Source of the DNA: Glaucostegus cemiculus
Lineage: Eukaryota
Reading direction: 5' to 3'
Assembly: GCA_976551045.1 (NCBI GenBank)
Contig: CDPCPM010000026.1
Span: 23,188,001 to 23,252,000 of the forward strand
DNA: 64,000 nucleotides
In this document: positions 1 through 13,055 of the stretch, one piece after another
How positions within the stretch are numbered: the stretch's first letter is position 1
Layout of the letters: every line of letters starts with the position of its first letter
The notes under the pieces: generated by a model
Seen by the model: the letters and a program-made list of their open reading frames with translations, nothing else
Databases searched by the model: none
Told to the model about the DNA's origin: nothing
Program-made: the position numbers and the translations under genes

Positions 1-1019
1 ACTATAATCAATTGAAATGCTTTAAAAACGGTTTAAGTATCAGATGCTTCAAAGACAAAAACTCCAGAATGCAATATCAATAAAGACTGCGTAAAAATAA
101 TAAATATTTTCTGTTGCCCTCAGTATTGGTGTCAAGCACCCATAGTGCATGCATAACATCTGATTAAGCTTCTTCCACACTGATCTCTTGTGAAGTACTC
201 ACAAATTCACTTCAGCTTAATGCCTGTAGACAAGTATACAAACTTGTACTGTCCAGGCATTCCAATTTCTGAAGGTGTTGTGTTCCAATCTATAAACTAG
301 TGCAGTGAAACATAATTCCCTCCTAGTAGACTTTTTCTTTAAAAAAATGCTTGTAAATTCCTATTTGGATCAGTTTTTCCACAAAATAATATTTCATAAA
401 TATTATTCACTAATTAGCCATAAAAGGAAATTATTTCAATTCCATGCAGCTGCAAAAAGTCTGCTTGTTTTTCCATTTATTATTCTTTACATAAAACAAT
501 GACATATTAAGCAAGGTCACCTTTAAAGGAGAAGGGAGAGAACATTATATTTGGTGAGAATTTTTATCAGTATTACTTGCTTTGAGTAGCATTATGTTTA
601 GTGTTTAATTTGTCATTCAATACTGACTAAGCTCCTAGAAAGGCACTTGGGCCATTTTGCTTCAACCAAAGATATGTTTTGTTAAACAATTGTTTCAAAA
701 CATTTGGATGACTCTCTTAAGAATTTTTGTTCTTGATGTCTTTCAGTTTCTAACATGTTGCAACATTCTGTAAGCCTCTTTATCCCACACTCCGTCATAA
801 TACAATGACCTCGACATTTTTTGAGAACTGTTAGCAATTCGAAGAAGTCACATGACATAAAGTTAGCAAATACTTTACTCAGAACTTGAATTGATTTCTG
901 ATCTTAATACAAATCTCAATATTCCTAGAAACCTGATTTTTAGAAAGATGGATTAGGAATTTAATTGTAACTGTGTAACATTCAGCCTACTTAAATGTCT
1001 AGGTGGGCAGGTTGACTTA

Positions 1020-1675
1020 AAAGTAAAGGTTAGACAGGCTAGGTTTGTATCTGGTAGAGTTTAGAAGAGTAGGAGCAAATTTGATTGAAACAATAAGGTC
1101 AAGAGGGGCCTTGACTGGTGGATGTGAGCAGGTCCTTTCCTCTTGTGGGAGAATGTAGAACTAGGGAGTCACTGAAATCAAATAATTATTCCTGTGATGC
1201 TCATGAGTCATTGGAACTCTCTTTCTTAAATGGCAGTGGAAGCAAAGTACATGAATAATTTAAGGCATAGGTAAATAGATTCCTGAAAGGCAAGAAGTTG
1301 AAAGGATCAGAATCAGAATCAGTTTTATTGTCACAACCATATACATACATAGTATGCATAGGAGCGAGATACCGTCCTCCTCACGTGCTCGTCCCATTAA
1401 ATAACAAACAGCAGAGACACACAGACACACTGAACAAAAAAAACATTAAAAACTACGGAAGTTTAAATTAAATTAAATACGGCAGGTTAAATTAAATACG
1501 GCCGGTAATTAAATAAATAGTTATTAAAGTGAACGGGCTGGTGGCGGGCATTTAAAGTGCTGGTGCATTTCTGTGCACCTAGCATCTCTTAGTGTTAACT
1601 TGGATATCTTGGGTACACTGGATTGTGGAGCTAAATTAGAATGAGATTGGCCATGATTTTATTAAATGGTGGAGA
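1020..1675 (+). mobile_element. Decayed CR1-type LINE 3' fragment, interrupted by a younger insertion at about 1306-1605
   Basis: Resembles the CR1 3' ends elsewhere in the window (ggttagacaggctagg...agagtttagaag...ggccatgattttattaaatggtggag). Confidence 0.65.
1306..1605 (-). mobile_element. Short CpG-rich retroposed insertion ending in AATAAA and a (GATTCT)n tail
   Basis: The + strand starts atcagaatcagaatcagttttattgtcac; the host CR1 resumes after about 1605. Confidence 0.55.
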
Positions 1676-1679
1676 TTGA

Positions 1680-2500
1680 GTTTTAGAATATTTTTGGGAA
1701 TGCCATCTGCTATTGAGGCCTGTACTTGTTTTTTTAAGTTGGATATGATTTGTTCAACTTCTTGTTCGTCAGGAATGGTAGCAAGTCTAGATTGACTAGA
1801 TTGCTGTGAAATGGTGCTCACGTCAAGGAAAGAGTGGTGGTTGAGGAGGGCTATGAAGTGTTCTCTCCACCCTCAACTTCTTCTCTGTCTCCTCAGTTCA
1901 CTCCTTTTCTTGGCCCTTGTTGGTTTAAGACACAAATATTCTGACAGCACTTAAGAAGCCATGTGTGTCATGGCTATCAGTGAGTTGCTGAACCTACTGT
2001 TCTCTCTCCATCCATCATCTGTTCTCTCAGTTACAGGCTTTCTGCTAGACCTTTGCCTTCAGGTGCCTGTAGAGGCTTTTATTTCCTTTGAGGAATAGTA
2101 GAGTACAGAATACATTTTGTTGTTAGTTCCTTGACCTTCTGGTCATTCTCATCCAACCAGTTCTGGCTCTTCTTGATAGAGAAATCAAGTTTCTTCACTG
2201 GTGCTAATTATTGGCAGACTTCAGGTCGGCCCATAAACTGTGGACACTCAGTAGCTCCTGTCGGTACAGAGGAATGAATTTCTTGAATAAATGCTGCTGC
2301 TAACGCTGCTATTTTGGGACAATATTAATGGAGATAATGAGGTAGATTAGGCCATGGCCAGTCCAGTAGTCATTGGTATTTGCCATGGCGCAGGTGAAGT
2401 GGAATCTTTGTGGTCATTCACTTGGATGACAGTCTAACGGATGCCAGTGCCTGGACCAGCTGTTTTGCCATGAAGTGATATACGTCCCTCTGATGAAACA
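1680..2500 (-). mobile_element. RTE-clade LINE fragment (region between endonuclease and RT)
   Basis: Minus-strand motifs TSWQNSWSRHWH, KSQNWLDENDQ and LATIPDEQEVEQII...ADGIPKNILK (ORF 1636..1821) resemble RTE ORF2. Confidence 0.7.
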
Positions 2501-2519
2501 GAATGTTTGTTATTGATTG

Positions 2520-3448
2520 ACAAGTGTGTGCAGACAACACCTGTTTTTGTATGGACTTGGAGGCTGAGCTTCAATAATTATTGACTCATCCACTGAACGA
2601 CTCAAGAGAATGGGCCTTCCACTCAAAGTCCACAAAGGAAAAGCCCCCTACAGACTTGTCCCGTGGCAGCATACACACTGCAACAAGAAGGTTTGCAGTG
2701 AGGCCCTGGAAAACTTAAACTGCTTCCCATATCTCAGGAGCAACCTCTCAGGGAAGGCAGACATCAATGAGACAATTCACCATTGCCGTCAATGCTCCAC
2801 CACAACCTTTGCTCAGTTAAGGTAAAGGTGGTTTGAAGATCAAGACTCAGACCTGGCACAAAACTCATGGTCTACCAGGCAGCAGCGATCTCTGCCCTTC
2901 TGAATGCTTTTGAAACCCGAACTACCTAGAGCAGGCACCTGTAGGCACTGGAAAGATACCAACAAGGCTTTACGACAAAACCTTCCCAATTCACAAGAAG
3001 GATAAGCAAACTCTCCCAGGCCAACACTGAGTCATCTTTGTTGGGCAGGCTACATCATTTACATGCCCAACACCAGACTTCAGAAACAGGCACTCTGCTC
3101 TGTGCTCTGTCACGAGACGTGATTACCAAGTGGACAGAGGAAAAGATTCAAGATTTGCTCAAAGTCTCCTTGAAGAAATGCAACATCCCCACTGATTGTT
3201 GGGAACCTCTGGCGAAGAACCTCTGATGGAGAAGGAGCATTCAGGTGGTATTGGGAACCTTGATTCCATGCACTGGGAGACACTGCTTCTCAAACTCTTC
3301 ATGCACCTACCCTGTCAGATAACCCTTGCCCCATATGTAGAGGAGTCTGTACTTCCCACATTAGCATGATCAGCCGTCTGAGAACACAGAGAATGGGTGC
3401 GGTGGCCAGTCCTCTTCAATCCTGAGGGACTGCCGGAGAAGAAAAGAT
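2520..3448 (+). mobile_element. RTE-clade LINE 3' part (from the YADD-like region to the 3' tail)
   Basis: LENLNCFPYLRSNLSGKADI and LKVSLKKCNIPTDCWEPLA are RTE C-terminal motifs; the tail reads cctgagggactgcc. Confidence 0.8.
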
Positions 3449-6364
3449 GGCATAGCGGGCTAAAGGGGCTGAGAGGTCTTCTCCTGCTCTCAGTTCCTAC
3501 CTTCATATATATTCTGCAGCAGTTTAGAAGCATCTTTAAGGTCTGGGTTATGCCAGCAGAGTACAAATCTACATCTGAGCTTTCTTTCATCAGATCTACT
3601 TTTGACAGACTCCTGGATTTTGGGATTGGCTCACCATTTGGACAAACATTCTCTTTTTGTCAAATATCTTTTAACATTTAATTATGAACTTGCGTTTCCC
3701 TTTATAATTTCTATTTCCTGTAGCTATTTTTTCTTTTGCTCTCTTTAACCTTTCTTCTATTCAAAAAGAAAGCATGCAAATATCAAAGAGCGTAAGTGTC
3801 TTCGTGACGTGGGAAGAAAGGTCCATGTTAGGAGCTGGAGTCGAAATTGTCTTATGTTGCTGAGACTTTCTGAAAGTTGGCAGCCCTCTGCAAACAGTAA
3901 ACAGTAGGAGTTGAAGCTGCTGAAGTGGGCTATCAGAAAACAAGTTCCAGCCAAACAGATACCAGCTTTCCCTTCAAAGTTTAACTGTATGTTACCACAT
4001 TGAAATGAACTGCATGTGGAATTAGAGTATCCTTTTCACCGACTGCCACAGCATAGGACCACCTTTGGCCCACCATGTCTGTGCTAGTTCTCTGAAAGAA
4101 CCACCAATTAATCCAGCTCTGCAATTTATAGATGACTGCTATGCTTTATGGGCATCTGCAGGAGTATTATGTTTTATGTAAACTATTTTTTGCATGATTA
4201 TCCAGTTCTATCATGGGGGTTGGGGTGTTAGAGGCTGGTGATTGTGTGACGTAAGACATGATAACGTGCGGGCTGTCCTGTTTTAGCTGGGAGTGTTGTT
4301 GAGTTGGGCCATTTGTGGTTCTGGGAGCTGGTCCCATCTTGGAAATTGAATTTTATCCATATCATAAGATGCCTTGTCGCTGACTGGCTAATGCAAGCAA
4401 AAGAATCAGAGGTTAATAGCACTCTTTGTGCATGTTTGAAATAACATATATTTTAAAATTAGTTCTCACTTATTCTCACTAAAGACATAGAGAGCAGAAT
4501 TATTTAATTGACACATTGTAATACTTTCATTTGGAAACCTGATTTTAAGGACCATGTCAAGAGATTCCAAGTTGGTTAACTTTCCAGAACTATTTTAAAT
4601 AAATTACTCCATTTATACCCAAGAATAATTCTGGGCAGTCAAAATGGCAGCATGACCTCCTATCCATCATAAATTTGTTGAAAAATGCCTCCATCTTCCT
4701 CCAGTTTTATCAATGGGGTAACTTTTAAGCAGATCTTATCTGAAAATTTATTAGCATTTGCCTGAATATAAAAACCACTGTAAAATGAACCAAACAGTGT
4801 AAAAAGTTGTTGGGCAGAGCATTTACACCACCTGCTCCTTTTTATATTTGCAAACAAAACATTCTAAGTCATCAATCTATCATTTAAGCACATCAGGCAC
4901 TGATTCTGACAACAATTCAAGTCTGTTAGCATTCTTTTTGGGATGCAAGTCATTTAGATGCTGTCTACTGATGCTGACAGATGCTGTCATTGGCCACACA
5001 AAGTTGTCCCCTTGATATTTCCTCCCTGACTCAAAGAAAATTTCGAAAGTGCCAATTTGATGGAATTGTACTGTCATGGAGCACTTGTATGAGGTGGGAT
5101 AGACATTAAAATGTGGTTAAAAGGACAGTTCAGTGATACTGGGATTGAACTTGTCACATCAAACAGCCACTTCTATCAGCTGACCAGTATAATTAATATA
5201 ATTATATAAGGAGTTCAGGGAAAGCAGCCTTAATTCTCTGACTACCACCTGTCATTAGCTATGATGACAGCTACCTGTAGCACAGTTATAACCAGGACCA
5301 AAGCTGCCTTTGGTTGCAACAGCAATTGCAAGTTCGGAAACCACTGAAGGAATAGGCTACATGTTCAAAAAACTGACTCATCATATCCTGCTCAAAGTAT
5401 TTCCTTGCAGAATAAAAGTGAATTATCAGCACATAGAGTATGTTTACATTTATATACCATTTTACAAATGTGCACCTGATTTTTCACTTCTATACGTTGA
5501 AAAGTGCATTAATAGACTGTACCAGATTCATTTGTAATGATATATATGCCTAAAAGTTCAAGTTATAGAATCAGGAATATTTATCTAAGTGTGGTAAGTC
5601 TGAGCTGAACCATTCTGATTCACCTGATTAGTCATGTATTGAAAAATAACTTTAGTTCAGCTGCTCTCACCACCTCGGTGCAGTCTGAAAAACAATTTTA
5701 TTAACACGGTAGCAAAATCTACGGTGGATGTATTATGACGAACCTTATTTGAGTTTATGAGTTTATCCATAAGATTTTCCCCTTTAAATGTTTGTTATAA
5801 TAAATCTGTGGAAATTTTGTGTGGATTGTGTTGCTCACAATAATGCACTCCCCATAGTACACAATACAAAGGGAAGCAGTGGCTAGTGAAGAGAAGCAAT
5901 TATAGAAGTGCTTCCTGGTGTTGCAGATCTGTATGTTGTTACATGTCTTAAGTGCTATATTTATCAAGGGAGTTTAGTTTCTTTTTGACAAAAATCAACT
6001 GAATGAGCAGTTGTGGTCTCTTGAGTCTGAATGGAATTTAAGCGTTCACACCCTGTATGTTTAAGCTCCTCTCCCTTCTCACATAGAACTCATGATGTGG
6101 AAACACTATCAATCCCTCTTTAAAGAGATATGAAAAGGTTACTTGGCCAGCAATTTGTTTACTTGCTTGAAGACACATAAATTACGTTAAATGTGCTGTA
6201 ACAAAAATTCTCTCCCTTCCCTTTGCCAAGATAAAAATAGGTTTGTCCAACATTTTACCGTGAAAATGGTGACCTGTGTTCCCTCAATTATGAGTACAAA
6301 TATTTTGCCATATGATGTGGATATGTTTCTATGTCTCATTTTGATCATCTTTGCTCCAAGTTGA

Positions 6365-6574
<210 letters not shown>

Positions 6575-6727
6575 TAAAGATCACTCAACATGATTTGCAT
6601 TGATGATGGTAGTTTTATACATGCAATTCCATTTCGAGAAGGTGACTTCTGATGCCTGTTTTAAGAGGTGAAGAAGATTCTGAAATGAATTGAGGAGATA
6701 AATTGTTAATGAAAATTGTAAAAAAAA

Positions 6728-7277
6728 CTTGCAGATGCTGAAAATCTGAAATAAAAGCAGAAAATGATGGAAACACTCAGCAGGTCAGGCAGCATCTGTG
6801 GAAAGAGAAACAGTTAATGCTTCATGTCTGAGATCCTTCATGTGATCATAGGTAGAGAAAACATGTTAGTTTTCAGTCTTAGAAAAGACGGGGAGAAGGA
6901 ACTATCTTTTATAGGGTGAGACCAAATGAGTTAATGTCACATTAGGAGGAGCAGTTAGGATTAGATTATATTTCTTTATCTCTGCAATGTATTGAACACA
7001 ACAAAACCATGGGACATGCCCAGCAGGCCAGACTTTATGAATAGAAAAAGAAAAACTGATCCAAATTGTGACAGGAAGAAATGACCAGTTTTGATGCACA
7101 CAGAAAGAAAGAGAAAGTTACCTAAAGTAACGAGATTTTGATATTGAGTCCAGAAGGCTGCAATTTGTTAAAGCAGAAGATGAAATGTTGTTCCTGAAAC
7201 TTGAACTTGGCTTCACTGTAATGGTGCAGGAATCTTCAGACAGATAGGTTAGAGTGGGAGTGATATGGGGAACAAAA
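6728..7277 (-). mobile_element. Penelope-like element remnant (GIY-YIG C-terminus plus terminal repeat)
   Basis: Minus strand 7135-7277 translates ...HSHSNLSV*RFLHHYSEAKFKFQEQHFIFCFNKLQPSGLNIK. The terminal motif gcagatgctg...ctcagcaggtcaggcagcatctgtgg is shared with other copies in the window. Confidence 0.75.
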
Positions 7278-7328
7278 TTTGAATTGTTTCCTCATTGTGA
7301 CACTAAAGGTGGGGTTTTGCTTACAATT

Positions 7329-7563
7329 ATAGAGTCATACAGCACTGAAACAGACACCTCAGCCCACCAAATCTCTGATAACTTTCAAGAACCCCTTTCG
7401 CATCATAGAGTCATTACACTAATCCCATGTTATTCTCCCCACATTCTCACTAACTCCACTCTGATTCTACCTCAGTCAGCTACATACCAGGGCCAATTTA
7501 CAACAGTTCAATTACCCTCCCGACCTGCAGATCTTTGGGATATGGGAGAGCACCTGGAGCACG
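7329..7563 (-). mobile_element. HE1-type V-SINE, 5'-truncated
   Basis: Similar to the full copy at 45095-45427 (gggccaatttaca...ctttgggatatgggag). Confidence 0.7.
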
Positions 7564-7894
7564 CAATGTATATTAAGCATTCACTTCCCTTGCCCCAGAG
7601 TACCCCTGCTGCTATGCCCTACTTCTGGAACTATTCCTTTCAGGTGCTGTGTTAAAGGCTTCAAGTACCCCTTTTGATGTTGGTCTTCTCTGTTCCTTTC
7701 AGCATGATGACCTTCTGGCTATATGTCACTATGGCAGGGCCAAGGCTACTATCTTTGGCTATGTTAATATACTGGGATAGGAAATACTGGAGGCCCCAAG
7801 TCTTTCCAGTAGCATGTAGAGAAATCCCAGGAAAACACAAGTGTGTTGCATTTTCTCCTTTGATACAATCTAGTTTCCAGAGACTGCCGTATAA

Positions 7895-8165
7895 TTGTCC
7901 ACCTTTAAGGAAGGCAAGTGCTACTGTGGTAACTACAGAGGGTCTCCATGCGAAATGCCACAGGGAATGTCATTGCCAGGCTTCTCCTCAATTCTTCCTT
8001 CTCAGTGGCCAAAGAGTTGCTCCCTGAATCACAGTGTGGATTCAATTCATCCAGAGACACAGTGGACACGATCATCATCACAACTCAGTGCCAGGAAATA
8101 TGCAGGGAGCACAACCAGCCACTGTACATCCCTGTTTTGTCCTTATTAATACAATTGACAGAATT
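7895..8165 (+). mobile_element. RTE LINE reverse-transcriptase fragment
   Basis: KCYCGNYRG and ELLPESQCGF...CREHNQPLY are motifs of RTE RT. Confidence 0.8.
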
Positions 8166-8169
8166 ATGC

Positions 8170-8297
8170 TCACCAGGGGCAGGGCTTAGAGGGATATGGG
8201 CCAAATTCAGGAAATTGGGACTAGCTGGGTGGGCACCGTGATTGGCATGGACTGGTTGGGCCAAAAGGCCTGTATCTGTGCTGTATTGCTCTATGAC
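8170..8297 (+). mobile_element. CR1-type 3' tail
   Basis: gggccaaaaggcctgtatctgtgctgtattgctctatgact is the tail shared by CR1 and HE1 copies. Confidence 0.7.
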
Positions 8298-8937
8298 TAA
8301 AATAATAACATATTGATAAAAATCAAATGTATTGTTTACTTTGTTTTTATGTTTACGTTCTTTCCTCTCCTCCACACCCCTCCCACCCTGCAATCTGACT
8401 GTAATATATCAATACTGTTAGTTCATATGAAGCTCTCTGTTCCCTTTGATGTTCTGAATTTTGCCTAATTTGAGGGCAGGAGGATGGATTGCAAATTAAT
8501 GGAACGTATATATTCTAAATGCAAAATGCTTCATTTCTAACTTAGCATCCCACACATCAAACTGTTGATAGGATGACAGATATCGACCACATTTTTTTTG
8601 TATTCATGTATTGACTATGGCTAATTTTATCTTTTTAATCTGTAATCTTAATCTTTTATGTGGCTGGTGCAACTGTAGAACAATGACTATAACTTCACAT
8701 TTAGATATAGAAGCCAGAAAATAGTGTCATGGATGTCCAAGTACCTTGCTATGTTACCATCATCATATTTTTGGTATAAATGGGAGGGAAAAAGCTTAGA
8801 AGGGTCTATGCATTTTTAATTTATGTTATTATTTGTCCTTTGTTGAAAGACCATTGATTTGTTCTCTCTCCCTCTCTCCCTGTCACCTAACCTGTAATGT
8901 TCTTAAAATTTATTTTCATTTTTGTATCTCCTTACAG

Positions 8938-8979
8938 AACCTTAAACTAACAACACAGGAACATGAAAACATCATTGTC
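8938..8979 (+). CDS. CMIP: CMIP exon (42 nt): NLKLTTQEHENIIV
   Basis: Acceptor ccttacag, donor gtc|gtaagt; matches CMIP NxxLTTQEHENIIV. Confidence 0.95.
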
Positions 8980-10499
8980 GTAAGTCTATATTTATGACTG
9001 GGGTTCAGTGTATTGTGTAGATAGTATAGATCCTGCAGACACTTTTGAAACAGCTGCAAATTTAAGGCAAGACTTAAAAATGTTCTCTCTCAGGAAGACT
9101 CTCCACTTAGTAAACCACTTATGTGATATCAGGACATGTAGGAACATGTACCCATTTCTCAACAAGTGTCTGGTTATTATTTCAATGAATTCAAAATAAT
9201 TAAAGATACTCATTAAATGTCAAGTCCTCAAAAGCACCTGAAATTAATCTGAGTGCCTCTGTCAGAGTGGTGTGTTGAAAAGTGATAGCCTAGGGTTCAT
9301 ACTAACCTCTGTGACCTGTTGTGAAATCTAATATGCATGCCATATCCTTCCATTGTATTTGATGATCGGTGGAAATGCTAAATTTCCACTTGATCCTAAT
9401 TAGTTTTCCACATTCAGAGTTTCTGTTACTTTTCAAAATTAGACAATGCATAGACAAGGTTGTTTAGGACATCTTCTACATCTATTTAGACATATTTTTT
9501 ATGCCAATGGTTACTCACAAGTGAAAGCTCAGTAACCCAGAATTTGCAGTCAGCGACCAGCTAGCCATTAACATTAATGACTCCCAAGTAAAGATTCAAG
9601 AGATCTGGAGGTATCTGGAAAAGCAGAATTTGGAGTGAAAAGCCAGCTGGATCTCTTGTAGTAAGGCCCTTCCATCTTTGATGGGGGTGTCTAGATCAAA
9701 CCTGGCTGACAAAATATCTGGAAAGGTCTTTGACAATTGGCTAAGTCTGACCTTCTGGCTTGGCAAGAGCTGTCAAGCATTCTGATTGTTTCTGACATTT
9801 AAAACAGTCAGGAAATTTCTTATCGATTCCAAACTATTAAAAACTTATATTACATTCTGGCAGTGAGAGTAGGCAGTCTTTTTCATGGGAAGTATGTGGG
9901 CTTGGAAGCTCAGCTTGCAATCAAATGGGACACCATAGCTGCCAAGAGTCTGCTGTTGTCTGAGACTGTCCAGAGAGGGATGAAACTGATGGTGCGGGTG
10001 TAGAGTTTACAATGGGGCCCCAAGACAATTGCTTTGTTTTTCCCAGTATATTATGGTAGTAAATGGTGGCTCATCTGGGATGGTGTCAAACAAGAGGGAG
10101 CCCATGGGAGAATCAGAAAATCTAATTAAGGTCACAATTATATTTTCCAAGTTGTTCAGTCTACGGCTGAGTGCTTTCCAATCTCATTCATATAACATCA
10201 GGCACAGAATACTGCAGCAGTCCAAAGCTACTTGTGAGACTTTTGCAGAATGGCTGCTGTTTTTGCCTAAAATAAACTACCATCTACTACAAAAGTAACT
10301 CCTTGTCTGAAGTTCATCGGGTTTTTTGACATGGTGTCTGAGTATAGATACAAGGGTTAATTATTATATTACAGGCTTGAAGATAATGTCACAGGATAAC
10401 CTGCAGTAGTAACAACAGAAATGGCCCTGATCATTTTTATATTCTTGTGTACTTATATACTTGGTGACACAGTTTTGTTGAAGTTTGATGCCAGTGATA

Positions 10500-11500
10500 G
10501 TTTGGGGGACAGAAGGGAGTTAGCAGCTGCTGAATTGGGCAAGGTTCTTGGTCTCACCATCTTCAGCTCTTTCATCAATAGATTTTCCTCTTATAATCTC
10601 AAAAGGAGGATGTTTGTTGATGATTACACAGTGCTCAGTTCCATTTGTAACTGCAGATAATGAAATAGGCCTTGCTCAAGTGCAGCAAGACTTGGTTAAC
10701 ATTCAGATTTTTCACAGCAAAAAAGTACCAAGCAACTATTCAAAAAAGAGAGTCTGATTTTCCCCCCATCTTGGAGGGTCACAATTGACCAGAAACTGAA
10801 CTAGACAACTATATAAATAGTGTCACTATAAAAACAGATCAGAGCATAGGAAAGGACATGTTAAAAGTGTGATGGAACACTATCTACTTGTCAAAATTGT
10901 GCAGCTCAACAATACTCAAGTGAGTTCTACACCATCCAGGGCAAACTGCTCAATCCCTTATCTAATAGCAGAAAGGTTCACTGTCTCCATCACCAGTATT
11001 CCATGGCTACAGTGTGAACCTTTTACAAAATGTATAGTAGCACTTGACAAGGCTTCTTCAAAAGAACTTTCTAAACCCATGAGTTCCAACGTCTGTAAGG
11101 AGAAGGGAGCAGATTCATGGGAACCCTGCAATTTTGTTTTGTTATTCATTTTCGGGAATTGGGCTTCACTGGCGAGGTCAACATTGATTGCCCATCCCTA
11201 ACAGGTCTTGAGAAGGTGGTTGTGAGCTGCTTCCTTGAACTGCTGTAACTCGTATATGTGTATGATATTATAGTATTGTCCTGTAGTAAGTACTGTTGGG
11301 TTGGGAGTTCCAGGATTTAGTCCCAGTGATGATGAAGGAACAACAAACAAACTTTCAAGTAAGGATGGTATGCATCTTGGAGGGGTTCTTTCGGGTAGTG
11401 GTGTTCTCATGCACCTGCTGGCCATGTCTTTTTTTATAGGAAGAGTTGCAGATATAGGAGGTGCTGTAGAAATAACCCGGGCAAGTAACTGCAGTGCATT
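10500..11500. mobile_element. Two decayed fragments of one CR1/L2-group LINE family, tail-to-tail (+ about 10500-11130, - about 11130-11500)
   Basis: RT-like TIFSSFIN...MFVDD on +; the reverse-complement 3' UTR motif (attgcccatcccta...cttgagaaggtggt) follows. Confidence 0.6.
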
Positions 11501-11501
11501 T

Positions 11502-12230
11502 GGTATTGGTATTGGTTTATTATTGTCACTTGTACTGAGGTACAGTGAAAAACGTGTCTTGCAAACCGCTCGTACAGGTCAATTCATTACACAGTGCAGT
11601 TACATTGAGTTAGTACAGAGTGCATTGAGGTAGGACAGGTAAAAAAATTAAAACAGTACAGAGTAAAGTGTCACAGCTACAGAGAAAGTGCAGTGCAATA
11701 AGGTGCAAGGTCACAACAAGGTAGCTCGTGATGTCATAGTCCATCTCATTGTATAAGGGAACTGTTCAATAGTCTTATCACAGTGGGGTAGGAGCTGTCC
11801 TTAAGTCTGGTAGTATGTGCCTTCAGGCACCTGTATCTTCTACCTGATGGAAGAGGAGAGAAGAGAGAATGTCCCAGGCGGGTAGGGTCTTTGATTATGC
11901 TGGCTGCTTCACCAAGACAATGAGAGGTAAAGTAAATGAGTCCAAGGAGGGGAGGCTGGTGTCTGTGATGCTCTGGGCTGTGTCCACAGCTCTCTGCAGT
12001 TTCTTGCGGTCCTGGTCAGAGCAATTGCCGTACCAAGCCGTGATACATCCAGATAGGATGCTTTCTATGGTGCATTGGTAAAAGTTGGCGAGAGTCGAAG
12101 GGGACAAACCGAATTTCTTTAGCCTCCTGAGGAAGTAGAGGCGCTGGTGAGCTTTCTTGGCCATGGCATCTGCGTGATTTGACCTGGACAGGCTGTTGGT
12201 GATGTTCAGATGACATACACTTCAGCCCTT
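11502..12230 (-). mobile_element. Rex1/Babar-type LINE 3' fragment with a (CCAATA)n tail and an 8-bp TSD gtgcattt
   Basis: ORF 11895..12164 KKAHQRLYFLRRLKKF...CTIESILSGCITAWYGNCS; TSD at 11494-11501 and 12231-12238. Confidence 0.88.
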
Positions 12231-12860
12231 GTGCATTTTCTAGCAGGTCAAACAATATTCTTATTTGGCAAAGCATCATTATTTCTTCATTGTCAGTGGG
12301 TCAATAGTCAAGAACTCACTAACTATCAGCACTTTGGAAAGACCTTCACCACAGGAAATGGAGTTCAGAAAGCACCAGCTCCCAATGTCAGTTTGGGATG
12401 CGCGCTGAGTGATGCCCTTGTCCATGCATGAATAATAATAACAGTCCCATAGTACTTCACATAACTTATGATGATCAACCAGGCAGTCTCTTCACTCATA
12501 GCTACTGGTGCAGTGGAACTGTGAGTATGGGCTACATTTCACCAGGTTGTAAGTGGAAGAAGGTAGAAGGAAAGTGTGGGGAATAATTACTGATAATGCT
12601 CTTCTGTGGAGTGATTTGGACTTAAAATTCAGGTCTAAGAATGTTTCTGACCTACTGCTGTAACCTGTGTTACAAAAACGAAGCACATATAGGAGATTTA
12701 CAGCAACATAAATCAATGTAAAAGTAAGTGCATTGTTTTAGGAGGAAGCTGATGTGTGAATTTCATTCAACAAAAAATCAACCCAAACTTGTTAAACCAG
12801 TAACAAGTTTGTATATACATAAGGATAAGTTGATTTACCAAAACCAAGAAGATGGAATAG

Positions 12861-13055
<195 letters not shown>

